Below are positions 44,593 through 52,954 of a stretch of DNA of 64,000 nt, one piece after another. Source of the stretch: an uncultured delta proteobacterium (GTDB lineage Bacteria; Desulfobacterota; Deferrimicrobia; Deferrimicrobiales; Deferrimicrobiaceae). Every line of letters starts with the position of its first letter. Positions within the stretch are counted from its first letter, which is position 1. The DNA lies in NCBI GenBank assembly GCA_963770975.1, contig CAVYRM010000001.1, positions 193,435 through 257,434 on the forward strand, read 5' to 3'. The notes under the pieces were generated by a model. The model was not told the origin of the DNA. It ran no database searches and saw only the letters and a list, made by a program, of their open reading frames with translations. Made by a program: the position numbers and the translations under genes.

Positions 44593-44892
44593 ATGCCAAC
44601 TTACATCGGTTTATTCAAGCTCACAGAGCAGGGAATCAAGGAAATAGCGAAAGCACCCGCTCGCCTCGAAGACGCCGCCAAGTTGTACCAGAAAATGGGC
44701 GGGAAGGTGATTGGCACGTACATGGTAATGGGGGAATACGACTATGTCGCCATCGGCGAGTGCCCAAGCGATGAAATCCAGGCAGCCTATGCATTGGCGC
44801 TCGGTTCACAGGGAAATGTAAAAACCACTACGCTGAAAGCATTTCCCGCGAATGAAATCTCGGCAATATTCAGCAAGATGCCGAAGTTGTAA
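44593..44892 (+). CDS. GYD-domain protein
   Basis: 99 aa. MPTYIGLFKLTEQG...MVMGEYDYVAIGECPSDE contains the eponymous GxYD motif. A GGGGGGA Shine-Dalgarno lies 7 nt upstream. Confidence 0.75.
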   Translation: MPTYIGLFKLTEQGIKEIAKAPARLEDAAKLYQKMGGKVIGTYMVMGEYDYVAIGECPSDEIQAAYALALGSQGNVKTTTLKAFPANEISAIFSKMPKL

Positions 44893-44910
44893 ATTGGAGT
44901 CGGTTATTTA

Positions 44911-44986
44911 TGGCGCCCCCGGGTGACTCGAACACCCGGCCAAAGGTTTAGGAAACCTCTGCTCTGTCCGCCTGAGCTACGGGGGC
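44911..44986 (-). tRNA. tRNA-Arg (anticodon CCU), cloverleaf one base short at the T-stem/acceptor junction
   Basis: Hand fold: GCCCCCG-TA-GCTC-AGGCGGACA-GAGC-A-GAGGT-TTCCTAA-ACCTT-TGGCC-GGGTG-TTCGAGT-CACCC-(C missing)GGGGGC-G-CCA. Anticodon loop TTCCTAA gives CCT. Confidence 0.75.
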
Positions 44987-45005
44987 GCATTTTCCACCGC
45001 GACGC

Positions 45006-45533
45006 CTATTCCTCGAACTGAAGCAGCGAGAACACCTTGTTCCCCTTCAGCCGTTCCCGCCCCCGCAACTCGGTGAGCTCCGCGAGGAAGCAACATTCTA
45101 CAATATCGGCTCCCAGTTTGTTCAGCATCCCGATGACGGCGGATACGGTCCCTCCCGTGGCCAGGACGTCGTCCGCGATGACCACCTTCATCCCGGGATG
45201 GATCGAATCCTCGTGGATCTCGAGGCGGTCCTTCCCGTATTCGAGGTCGTAGGAAGCCGAAACGGTCTTGTGCGGCAACTTCCCGGGCTTCCGGACGAGA
45301 AGGACGCCCGCCCCGAGCTTGTACGCCATCGCGGCACCCATCACGAAGCCACGCGCCTCGATCCCCACCACCGCCTCGATCCCCTTGGCGAAATGCCGGT
45401 GCGCCATGAGGTCGATCGCCTTCTGGAAAGACGCCGGGTCGGACAACAGCGTCGTGATGTCCTTGAACTGGATCCCCTTCTTCGGAAAATCGGGGATGTT
45501 CCGTATCCGTTTCTTCAGATCGCTCGTCGGCAT
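45006..45533 (-). CDS. apt: adenine phosphoribosyltransferase
   Basis: 175 aa. [18 protein letters not shown] and [17 protein letters not shown]-binding motif. Confidence 0.9.
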   Translation of the reverse strand: MPTSDLKKRIRNIPDFPKKGIQFKDITTLLSDPASFQKAIDLMAHRHFAKGIEAVVGIEARGFVMGAAMAYKLGAGVLLVRKPGKLPHKTVSASYDLEYGKDRLEIHEDSIHPGMKVVIADDVLATGGTVSAVIGMLNKLGADIVECCFLAELTELRGRERLKGNKVFSLLQFEE

Positions 45534-45562
45534 GCCGTCTCCTTATCGTCTGGAATATGCGA

Positions 45563-46204
45563 TCAACCCTGGAATCCGTACCTTCCGATCAGCGGAACGA
45601 AACGACAGCCCCCGAGGACGTCGGTCGTGATTCGATCGCCGACCCGCGTGACCCGGATCAATTCCTGCTCGAAGCGGCCGCCCATCGGCAACACGATGAT
45701 CCCGCCTTCGGACAACTGTTCGAGCCAGGGTGCCGGCACCTCAGGCGATGCGGCGGCGGAGAGGATGCGTTCGAACGGCGCGTGGGAAGGGGACCCGAGG
45801 GAGCCGTCGCCCACGACGAAGGTCACGTTTACGATTCCCATCGTCGACAGGCGTTGTTCCGCTTCGGCGGAGAGGGAGTAAATCCGTTCGATCGTCACAA
45901 CGGCGCGGCACAGGCGGGATAGGATCGCCGTCTGGTACCCCGTCCCGGTTCCGATCTCCAGAACGCGTTCCTCTCCGGAGAGACGGAGTGCCGCGGTCAT
46001 TTCCGCCACGATGTAGGGCTGGGAAATCGTCTGTCCTTCGCCGACGGGAAGCGGTTCGTCCGTATAGGCGAGGTGGCGGAGTTCCGCGGGCACGAAACGG
46101 TGCCGAGGCAATTCCTCCATGACCGAAAGCACCCGTTCGTCCCGAATCCCGCGGCGTCGGATCTGCTCCTCCACCATCCGACGGCGGAGAACGGCCTCCT
46201 TCAC
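45563..46204 (-). CDS. pcm: protein-L-isoaspartate O-methyltransferase
   Basis: RMVEEQIRRRGIRDERVLSVMEELPRHRFVP, TISQPYIVA, VLEIGTGTGYQTA. The GTG at 46204 overlaps the surE stop (GTGA). The first ATG is at 46177. The rest of the 501-aa listed ORF is read-through over surE and tRNA-Pro. Confidence 0.88.
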   Translation of the reverse strand: MKEAVLRRRMVEEQIRRRGIRDERVLSVMEELPRHRFVPAELRHLAYTDEPLPVGEGQTISQPYIVAEMTAALRLSGEERVLEIGTGTGYQTAILSRLCRAVVTIERIYSLSAEAEQRLSTMGIVNVTFVVGDGSLGSPSHAPFERILSAAASPEVPAPWLEQLSEGGIIVLPMGGRFEQELIRVTRVGDRITTDVLGGCRFVPLIGRYGFQG

Positions 46205-46959
46205 CAGGTCCACTTTCGCAGCGTCCGAAGAGCGGCGTAGTTCGTGAGATCCAGGTGGATGGGGGTCAGGGAGATGTACCCTTCCTCGATCGCCTCGAGG
46301 TCGGAACCCGGGATCTCCTCGCTGTTCAGGTTGTCTCCGCCGATCCAGTAATATTTCCGCCCTCTCGGGTCCCGTTTCTCCACGATCATGTCCCCGTAGA
46401 CCCGTTTCCCCTGGCGGGTGATCCGCACCCCGGGGATCTCGTCTCTCGGCACGTTCGGGACATTGATGTTCAGCAGGGTGTCGTCGGGGAGCCCTTTCTT
46501 CAGGACCCTGTTGGCCACGTCCGTCGCCACGGCCGACGCGGTGTCGAACCGGAACCGGGTGCGGGTGACCAGGGAGATCGCGATGGAAGGAATACCGAGC
46601 AAGGTCCCCTCGATCGCGGCGGATACGGTGCCGGAATATGTGATGTCGTCGCCGAGATTCGCACCCTTGTTGATCCCGGAGACGAGCAGGTCGATCTTCT
46701 TCCCGCGCAGGATCCCGTTGACCCCGAGGTTGACGCAGTCCGTCGGGGTTCCGTCGACCGAGTACACCCGGTTGGAGATCTTCTCCACGCGCAACGGATG
46801 GGTAAGGGTCAGGGAGTGGCTGGCGGCGCTGCGCTCCCGGTCGGGTGCGATGACGTACACCGTTCCGAGTTCCTTCATCGCCGCGGCCAGCGCTTCGATC
46901 CCTTCGGAGCGCACGCCGTCGTCGTTCGAGACGAGAATTACAGGGCCTTCCCCGTCCAA
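46201..46959 (-). CDS. surE: 5'/3'-nucleotidase SurE
   Basis: 252 aa. ILVSNDDGVRSEGI N-terminus and GINKGANLGDDITYSGTV motif. Confidence 0.9.
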   Translation of the reverse strand: MDGEGPVILVSNDDGVRSEGIEALAAAMKELGTVYVIAPDRERSAASHSLTLTHPLRVEKISNRVYSVDGTPTDCVNLGVNGILRGKKIDLLVSGINKGANLGDDITYSGTVSAAIEGTLLGIPSIAISLVTRTRFRFDTASAVATDVANRVLKKGLPDDTLLNINVPNVPRDEIPGVRITRQGKRVYGDMIVEKRDPRGRKYYWIGGDNLNSEEIPGSDLEAIEEGYISLTPIHLDLTNYAALRTLRKWTW

Positions 46960-47023
46960 TGAAACCTCCTCCTGCGAAAAAAAAGGGGGTACGAGAGCGC
47001 GTCTCGTATCCCCTCGGGTGTTC

Positions 47024-47100
47024 TGGTCGGGACGACTGGATTTGAACCAGCGACCCCTTGCACCCCATGCAAGTGCGCTACCAGGCTGCGCTACGTCCCG
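47024..47100 (-). tRNA. tRNA-Pro (anticodon GGG)
   Basis: Hand fold: CGGGACG-TA-GCGC-AGCCTGGTA-GCGC-A-CTTGC-ATGGGGT-GCAAG-GGGTC-GCTGG-TTCAAAT-CCAGT-CGTCCCG-A-CCA. 77 nt, fully canonical. Confidence 0.9.
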
Positions 47101-47141
47101 ATCCGCAAGGTTTGAATTTTACCCCACCGAGGGGGATAAAG

Positions 47142-47525
47142 TCACTTGATTTTCGGTTTCGCGGCGGGAGTGGACGAAACGGTGCGTCCGTAATCATCCT
47201 CGAACCGCTCGATGTCGTCTTCCCCGAGGTACTCCCCCGTCTGCACCTCGATCACGATGAGATCTTCCTTCCCGACGCTCTCCACCCGATGGACCGCCCC
47301 CAACGGGATGTCCACCGAGCTCCCGGGGGCGACCTGAAGGTGGTCCTTCCCCAGGGTGACCTCCCCTTTCCCGCGGACCACGTGCCAATGCTCCGCCCGT
47401 TGCCGATGACGTTGAAGGCTCAGCCGGCTGCCGGGACGCACCACGAATTGTTTCACCTTGTAGCCCGGACCCTCTATCAATACCAGGTAATGACCCCAAG
47501 GACGGTCGCCGCGTTCCATTGTCAT
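47142..47525 (-). CDS. cupin-domain protein related to the C-terminal domain of type II mannose-6-phosphate isomerase
   Basis: 127 aa. RPWGHYLVLIEGPGYKVKQFVVRPGSRLSLQRHRQRAEHWHVVRGKG...IPLGAVHRVE...EVQTGEYLGEDDIERFEDDYGR. Confidence 0.8.
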   Translation of the reverse strand: MTMERGDRPWGHYLVLIEGPGYKVKQFVVRPGSRLSLQRHRQRAEHWHVVRGKGEVTLGKDHLQVAPGSSVDIPLGAVHRVESVGKEDLIVIEVQTGEYLGEDDIERFEDDYGRTVSSTPAAKPKIK

Positions 47526-47590
47526 CCCCTCATTCGGGAAGTCTGCATGTCAAAACGGAATGATCTGCTTTACCGGGAACATGGACATGA

Positions 47591-47944
47591 TTATTTAAGC
47601 ATGGCGTGAAGCTTCGAGAGGTCTTTTTTTACCTGGCGCAACACGGTCCGGAACGGATTTTCGGCAAGGTTCAATTTCAGCTGGCGCTGCTGTTCCTTCA
47701 ACCGTTCCTTCAGTTTCGCCCTTGCCCCCTCGATGGTGAACCGTTCCTCATACAGGAGACGCTTGATCTCGATCAGCATCTCGACGTCGTGGCGCTTGTA
47801 GATCCTGTGCTGGGATCGGTTTTTCGCAGGGGAGATTCTGAATTCGGTTTCCCAGAACCGGAGGACGTACGGTTTCACACCCAAGATCCGGCTCACTTCA
47901 CCGATCTTGAAATGAAACTTGTCCGGTATCTGGAGGGGCGTCAC
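47591..47944 (-). CDS. MerR-family transcriptional regulator
   Basis: 117 aa. [27 protein letters not shown]. Sits downstream of ihfA. Confidence 0.8.
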   Translation of the reverse strand: MTPLQIPDKFHFKIGEVSRILGVKPYVLRFWETEFRISPAKNRSQHRIYKRHDVEMLIEIKRLLYEERFTIEGARAKLKERLKEQQRQLKLNLAENPFRTVLRQVKKDLSKLHAMLK

Positions 47945-47961
47945 GCTTTCGCTTGTACGCC

Positions 47962-48252
47962 TCAGGATTGATGAGGTTCGTTAATGTGGGACTTGAGGAT
48001 CTGGCTCGGGCGGAACGTAAGAACCCGCCGCGCGGTGATCTCGATGTCGTCACCGGTTTGCGGATTGCGCCCTTTCCTCGGGCGCTTGTCGCGGAGGGTG
48101 AAGTTGCCGAACCCGGAGATCTTGATCTTGTCACCCTGCTTGAGGCTCGTTTTCATCGTTTCGAAGATCGCCTCGACGATGTCCTGGGACTCCTTCTTCG
48201 AGAGACCACCGATCTTTTCGTAAACGAGCTCGACCAGGTCAGCCTTCGTCAT
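47962..48252 (-). CDS. ihfA: integration host factor subunit alpha
   Basis: 96 aa. LSGFGNF-type arm ([39 protein letters not shown]). Position immediately after pheT. Confidence 0.85.
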   Translation of the reverse strand: MTKADLVELVYEKIGGLSKKESQDIVEAIFETMKTSLKQGDKIKISGFGNFTLRDKRPRKGRNPQTGDDIEITARRVLTFRPSQILKSHINEPHQS

Positions 48253-48270
48253 GTTCCCTCCTCCGGTCCC

Positions 48271-50679
48271 TCAAGAGGTCCGTATCTTCCCGCCGAACCG
48301 ATTCTCCAATAATTTTACGATCTTGGTATGTATACTATGGACATCCGCATCAGTCAAGGTTCTGTCGCAAGGCTGGAATTTCACCCGGATCCCGACACTC
48401 TTGTGCCCTTCCCCGATCTTCTCGCCGGAGAAAACGTCGAACACCTCCGCTCCCTCGATTTCGGGAGATACCTCGCGGACCATCGACAGGACGTCTCCAA
48501 CCGGCACCCCGATCGATAAAACGCACGCCACGTCCCGGAACACCGGAGGGAATTTCGGCAATGCCTTGAACCCACCCGGTGGCCGCCGCTTCGCGGTCGC
48601 CGCCTTGAGGCGGATTTCCCCATAGAATACGGGACCGGAGAGATCGTATTCCGTGAGGAGCTCCCTTCGGAGGGCGCCGAACCATCCGACGACTTCCCCG
48701 TCCAGCAGGATGTCGGCGGACTTGCCGTCCTCGAAAAACGGCCGGGAAACGGTGGGTATGACGTGAAACGGGCCGATATCGAGATGGAAAAGGAGCGGTG
48801 CAAGGATGCCCTTCATATCGTAAAAATCGACGGTCGCATCCGTTCCGGACCAGTCTCCCGGCAGACGCTTTCCGCAGAGGATGACGCCGAGGCGCGGCTC
48901 CTCGAAATGACCCTCGACGAACGATTTCCCGTATGCCTTGCCGGCTTCGTAGAGTCGGATGTTCTCGACGAAACGTCGAACGTTGTCGGCCACGTTCGAC
49001 AGGAGGCCGGTAAGCAGGTGGGGGCGCATCAGGGTCGTTTCATCCGAGATCGGGTTCTTGAGCCGTACGGAGTCCCCGGGATCGAATCCGAGGCAAGGGG
49101 CTAGCCGCTCCCAGTGTCGTCCCGACACGAAGGAGAAGTTCACCGCCTGTGAAAATCCGCGTCCACGGAGGAAATCGAAGGCCTTTTCCTGGATGTCCAC
49201 GAACCGGTCGTCCTCCGAAAAGTCCGGCGCCTTCGATTCGGGGTACGTGGTCGGAATCGAATCGTACCCGGAGAGGCGGGCGACCTCCTCGATCAGGTCG
49301 ATCTCCCGCTCGATGTCGAACCGGTGCGTCGGCACGGTGACGACCCACTGTTCCGGTTCCTTCTCCTCGACCGGGAAGCTGAGCCGCGCGAAGATATCCC
49401 GGCATGTTTCCGGGGGATACTCCCTCCCGATCACCCGGGCCGCCCGCAAGGGGCGGAACGGAACCTTTCGCGGTTTCACGTCCCCCCCGACCACGTCGAT
49501 CGCTCCTTTCGCGACGGTCAACGGGGTGAATCCGGACAACAGGGAAACGGCCCGGTCCACCGCGTAGAGCGTCCCGGAAGGATCGACTCCGCGTTCGAAA
49601 CGGTAGGAGGATTCGCTGGAAAGCCCGAGCCGCCGCGACGTCCTCCGGATCGAGGCCGGATCGAAGTGGGCGCTTTCGAACAGGACGCGCGTCGTCCCGT
49701 CGGACACCTCGCTGTTCTCGCCGCCCATGACGCCCGCGACCGCGACCGGACCTTCGGCATCCCGGATGAGGAGCATCCCCGGTGCGATCGTGCGCTCGGC
49801 GCCGTCGAGCGTCGTGAAGGAGGTCGGTTCCTTCGGGGCCCGCACGTCGATCCTGGGGCCGCGCAGGCGGTCCAGGTCGAACGCGTGCATCGGCTGGCCG
49901 ACCTCGAGGAGCATGTAGTTCGTGATGTCGACGATATTGTTGATCGGGCGGATGCCGCAGAAGGCAAGCCGGCGCCTCATCCAGTCCGGGGAGGGGGCGA
50001 TCGAGACCCCGGTGACCGCGCGGGCGGTGTACCGGGGGCAAAGAGCCGGGTCGGCCACCTCGATCCGCACCATTTCGCCGATCGGCCTCCCTTCCTCCAC
50101 GACGGGAACGCCGGGAAGAACGACTTTTTCCCCCGTGATGGAGGCGACTTCCCGCGCCACCCCGAGAATGCTCAGGCAATCCCCGCGGTTCGGCGTGATC
50201 TCCACTTCGAGGAGCCAGTCGGAGAGGCCCAGGGCGTCCCCGAGCGGCACTCCGGGCACCGTATCGTCGGGAAGGATCATGATCCCCGCCGATTCCTCGG
50301 CGAGATTCAGTTCCTGTTCCGAACAGAGCATCCCTTCCGACAACTGGCCCCGGATCTTCGCCTTCCGGATCTCCGCTCCGTTCGGGAGCCGCGCCCCGGT
50401 CTTCGCGAGGGCCACGAAATCCCCGGCTTTCATGTTCTTCGCGCCGCAGACGATGCCGTACTCGGTCCCGCCGTCGGTGACCCGGCAAAGGGAAAGGCGG
50501 TCCGCGTCCGGATGCGGCCGCATCTCGAGGATCTTCGCGGTGACGACGGATTCAAGTCCCTCTCCGAGGAACCTGCAGGAGGATACCTCCACTCCCGCCA
50601 TCGTCAGCCGCTCCTGGACCTCGGCGGGGGAAAGGCGCGTGTCGATGAATTCCTTCAGCCAGGAATACGGTACTTTCAA
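48271..50679 (-). CDS. pheT: phenylalanine--tRNA ligase beta subunit
   Basis: 802 aa. MKVPYSWLKEFIDT N-terminus, with B3/4, B5 and FDX-ACB domains in order. Confidence 0.92.
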   Translation of the reverse strand: MKVPYSWLKEFIDTRLSPAEVQERLTMAGVEVSSCRFLGEGLESVVTAKILEMRPHPDADRLSLCRVTDGGTEYGIVCGAKNMKAGDFVALAKTGARLPNGAEIRKAKIRGQLSEGMLCSEQELNLAEESAGIMILPDDTVPGVPLGDALGLSDWLLEVEITPNRGDCLSILGVAREVASITGEKVVLPGVPVVEEGRPIGEMVRIEVADPALCPRYTARAVTGVSIAPSPDWMRRRLAFCGIRPINNIVDITNYMLLEVGQPMHAFDLDRLRGPRIDVRAPKEPTSFTTLDGAERTIAPGMLLIRDAEGPVAVAGVMGGENSEVSDGTTRVLFESAHFDPASIRRTSRRLGLSSESSYRFERGVDPSGTLYAVDRAVSLLSGFTPLTVAKGAIDVVGGDVKPRKVPFRPLRAARVIGREYPPETCRDIFARLSFPVEEKEPEQWVVTVPTHRFDIEREIDLIEEVARLSGYDSIPTTYPESKAPDFSEDDRFVDIQEKAFDFLRGRGFSQAVNFSFVSGRHWERLAPCLGFDPGDSVRLKNPISDETTLMRPHLLTGLLSNVADNVRRFVENIRLYEAGKAYGKSFVEGHFEEPRLGVILCGKRLPGDWSGTDATVDFYDMKGILAPLLFHLDIGPFHVIPTVSRPFFEDGKSADILLDGEVVGWFGALRRELLTEYDLSGPVFYGEIRLKAATAKRRPPGGFKALPKFPPVFRDVACVLSIGVPVGDVLSMVREVSPEIEGAEVFDVFSGEKIGEGHKSVGIRVKFQPCDRTLTDADVHSIHTKIVKLLENRFGGKIRTS

Positions 50680-50706
50680 GGGAATGCTCTCCTTCCCCCC
50701 GGGGCG

Positions 50707-51750
50707 TTAAAACTGCGAGAGGAAACGGATGTCGTTTTCGAAGAAGAGGCGGATGTCCGAAATCCCGTGGCGCAGCATGGCGATTCGTTCCACGCCCATG
50801 CCGAACGCGAAGCCCGTGAATTCCTCGGGGTCGTAATCGACGAAGCCGAAGACGGCCGGATCGACCATCCCCGCCCCGAGGATCTCGAGCCACCCGGATT
50901 CCTTGCACACCCGGCAGCCGGAACCGCCGCAGATGACGCACTGGATATCGACTTCCGCGGAAGGTTCGGTGAACGGGAAGTAGCTCGGCCGGAAACGAAG
51001 CGGTTTCCCGGGCCCGAACGTCATCCTGCAGAACTCGGTGAGCAGGCCTTTCAGGTCGGCCATGGTGATTCCCCGGTCGACGGCCAGCCCCTCCACCTGG
51101 TGGAACATGGGGGAGTGCGTGATGTCGGAGTCGGATCGGTACACCGTGCCGGGCGCGATGATGCGGACCGGAGGCTTCGTCCGCTCCATGGTGCGGATCT
51201 GGATCGGAGACGTGTGGGTCCGGAGAACGAGATCCCCCGCGGAGGAATCGACGTAGAACGTGTCCTGCATGTCGCGGGCCGGGTGTTCCGGAGGGAAATT
51301 GAGGGCCTCGAAGTTGTAGTAGTCCTTCTCCACGTCCGGCCCCCCCTGCACGGAGAAGCCCAGGCGGCGGAAGACGGCGATGATGTCCGACATCGTCCTT
51401 GACACGGGATGCCGATGTCCCGGGAGCGTCCCTCTTCCGGGGAGGGTGACGTCGATCCGCTCGCGCCCTTCCCGGAGAAGGCGTCCCTTTTCCCGGAACT
51501 CGGCGAGACGCGCGTCGAACGCGGATTCCAGTTCGGCGCGCGCGCGGTTGGCCTGCTCCCCGACCGCTTTCCGCTCCTCCATGGGTAGCGAGGCGACCCC
51601 CTTCAGGATCCCCGAGACGGCGCCCTTTTTCCCGAAAAAGCGGCCCTTCGCGTCGAGGAGGTCGCTCTCGTTGCGCGCGGCCGCGATCGTCGCGAGCCCC
51701 TCCTCGCGCAGCCGGGCGATCCGCTCGAAGGTGTCGTCCAAGCCCGTCAC
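50707..51750 (-). CDS. pheS: phenylalanine--tRNA ligase alpha subunit
   Basis: 347 aa with class II aaRS motifs (HPARDMQDTFY, RSDSDITHSPMFHQVEG, GFAFGMGVERIAML). Confidence 0.92.
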   Translation of the reverse strand: MTGLDDTFERIARLREEGLATIAAARNESDLLDAKGRFFGKKGAVSGILKGVASLPMEERKAVGEQANRARAELESAFDARLAEFREKGRLLREGRERIDVTLPGRGTLPGHRHPVSRTMSDIIAVFRRLGFSVQGGPDVEKDYYNFEALNFPPEHPARDMQDTFYVDSSAGDLVLRTHTSPIQIRTMERTKPPVRIIAPGTVYRSDSDITHSPMFHQVEGLAVDRGITMADLKGLLTEFCRMTFGPGKPLRFRPSYFPFTEPSAEVDIQCVICGGSGCRVCKESGWLEILGAGMVDPAVFGFVDYDPEEFTGFAFGMGVERIAMLRHGISDIRLFFENDIRFLSQF

Positions 51751-51757
51751 TCCCGCG

Positions 51758-52114
51758 TCAGGCCAGGGCGGCCTTGGACCGATCGGCGAGGGCCTGGAAC
51801 CCGGCGGGATCGTTGACCGCGAGGTCGGCGAGGATCTTCCGGTCGACCTCGACGCCCGCCTTTTTCAGCCCGTACACGAACTGGCTGTACGAGAGACCTT
51901 GCTCCCGGGCGGCGGCGTTCACGCGGGTGATCCAGAGCGCGCGGAACTCCCTTTTCTTCGTGCGGCGGTCGCGGTACGCGTACCGCAGGGCGCGGGCAAC
52001 GGCCTCTTTCGCGGAGCGCAGCAGGCTGCCGTGGCCCCCGCGGAACCCCTTGGCAAGCTTGAGGATCGACCGGCGTTTCTTGTGCGAATGTACGGCTCTT
52101 TTTACGCGAGGCAT
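51758..52114 (-). CDS. rplT: 50S ribosomal protein L20
   Basis: 118 aa. [26 protein letters not shown]. Confidence 0.95.
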   Translation of the reverse strand: MPRVKRAVHSHKKRRSILKLAKGFRGGHGSLLRSAKEAVARALRYAYRDRRTKKREFRALWITRVNAAAREQGLSYSQFVYGLKKAGVEVDRKILADLAVNDPAGFQALADRSKAALA

Positions 52115-52154
52115 GGCGTTCCCCTTCTACATTGATCGTCGTTGCTTGCGCTTG

Positions 52155-52352
52155 TTAAAGGTACGGAAGCAGGCGGCGGATCGACTTCTCGTTCGTGGAG
52201 TGGACCAGGGAGGACTTGCGCAGCGAGCGCTTCCGCTTCCGGTCCTTCGACGTCAGGATGTGGCTCTTCCCCGACTTCGCCCTCTTGATCCCGCCCGCGC
52301 CGGTCGCACGGAATCTCTTGCTCGCGCCCCGGTTCGATTTCATCTTCGGCAT
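52155..52352 (-). CDS. rpmI: 50S ribosomal protein L35
   Basis: 65 aa. [24 protein letters not shown]. Confidence 0.95.
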   Translation of the reverse strand: MPKMKSNRGASKRFRATGAGGIKRAKSGKSHILTSKDRKRKRSLRKSSLVHSTNEKSIRRLLPYL

Positions 52353-52355
52353 GTC

Positions 52356-52943
52356 CTATCCCTCCTGTTTCTGCGAAGGCGGCACGGCGGGCGCTTGCTG
52401 CTTTTCGGCGCCGCCGACCGGTTTCTTTTTATGTACCGTGGGAGAGACGATCGCCATCATCGTTTTCCCTTCCATCTTCGGGGCGGATTCCACCTTCGCG
52501 ACGTCCGCGATCGCCTCCACGATGTGCTTCAGGACCTCGAAACCGCTCTGGGAGGCGTATGCCAGCTCCCGCCCGCGGAAACGGACGGTCACCTTGACCT
52601 TGTCGCCGTCCTCGAGAAAGCGGCGGATGTGCTTGAGCTTCGTGTTCAGGTCGTGCTCCTCCGTCTTTGGACGGACCTTGATCTCCTTGACCTGGATGAC
52701 GGTCTGCTTCTTCCGCGCCTCCTGCTCCCGCTTGCTCTGGATGTACTTGAACTTGCCGAAATCCATGATCCGGCAGACAGGAGGGGCGGCCATGGGGGCC
52801 ACTTCGACCAGGTCGAGATCCTGTGCCCTTGCGCGCTGGAGCGCCTCCGACGTGTTCACGACACCCAACTGCTCCCCTTCCGGACCCACGAGTCGAACCT
52901 CCGGGACCTGGATCTGCTCGTTGATTCTGGATTCCTTGGCGAT
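52356..52943 (-). CDS. infC: translation initiation factor IF-3 (non-canonical ATC start)
   Basis: The IF-3 N-terminal domain (IAKESRINEQIQVPEVRLVGPEGEQLGVV) extends 18 codons upstream of the listed GTG at 52889. The only plausible initiator is ATC at 52943, 5 nt after AAGGAGG (52955-52949). Confidence 0.88.
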   Translation of the reverse strand: MAKESRINEQIQVPEVRLVGPEGEQLGVVNTSEALQRARAQDLDLVEVAPMAAPPVCRIMDFGKFKYIQSKREQEARKKQTVIQVKEIKVRPKTEEHDLNTKLKHIRRFLEDGDKVKVTVRFRGRELAYASQSGFEVLKHIVEAIADVAKVESAPKMEGKTMMAIVSPTVHKKKPVGGAEKQQAPAVPPSQKQEG

Positions 52944-52954
52944 GACGTCCTCCT

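Noticed and set aside
46205-47068. Upstream part of listed ORF 45563-47068 (501 aa)
   Set aside because: It overlaps surE in another frame and runs into tRNA-Pro. Only the C-terminal ~204-213 codons are Pcm.
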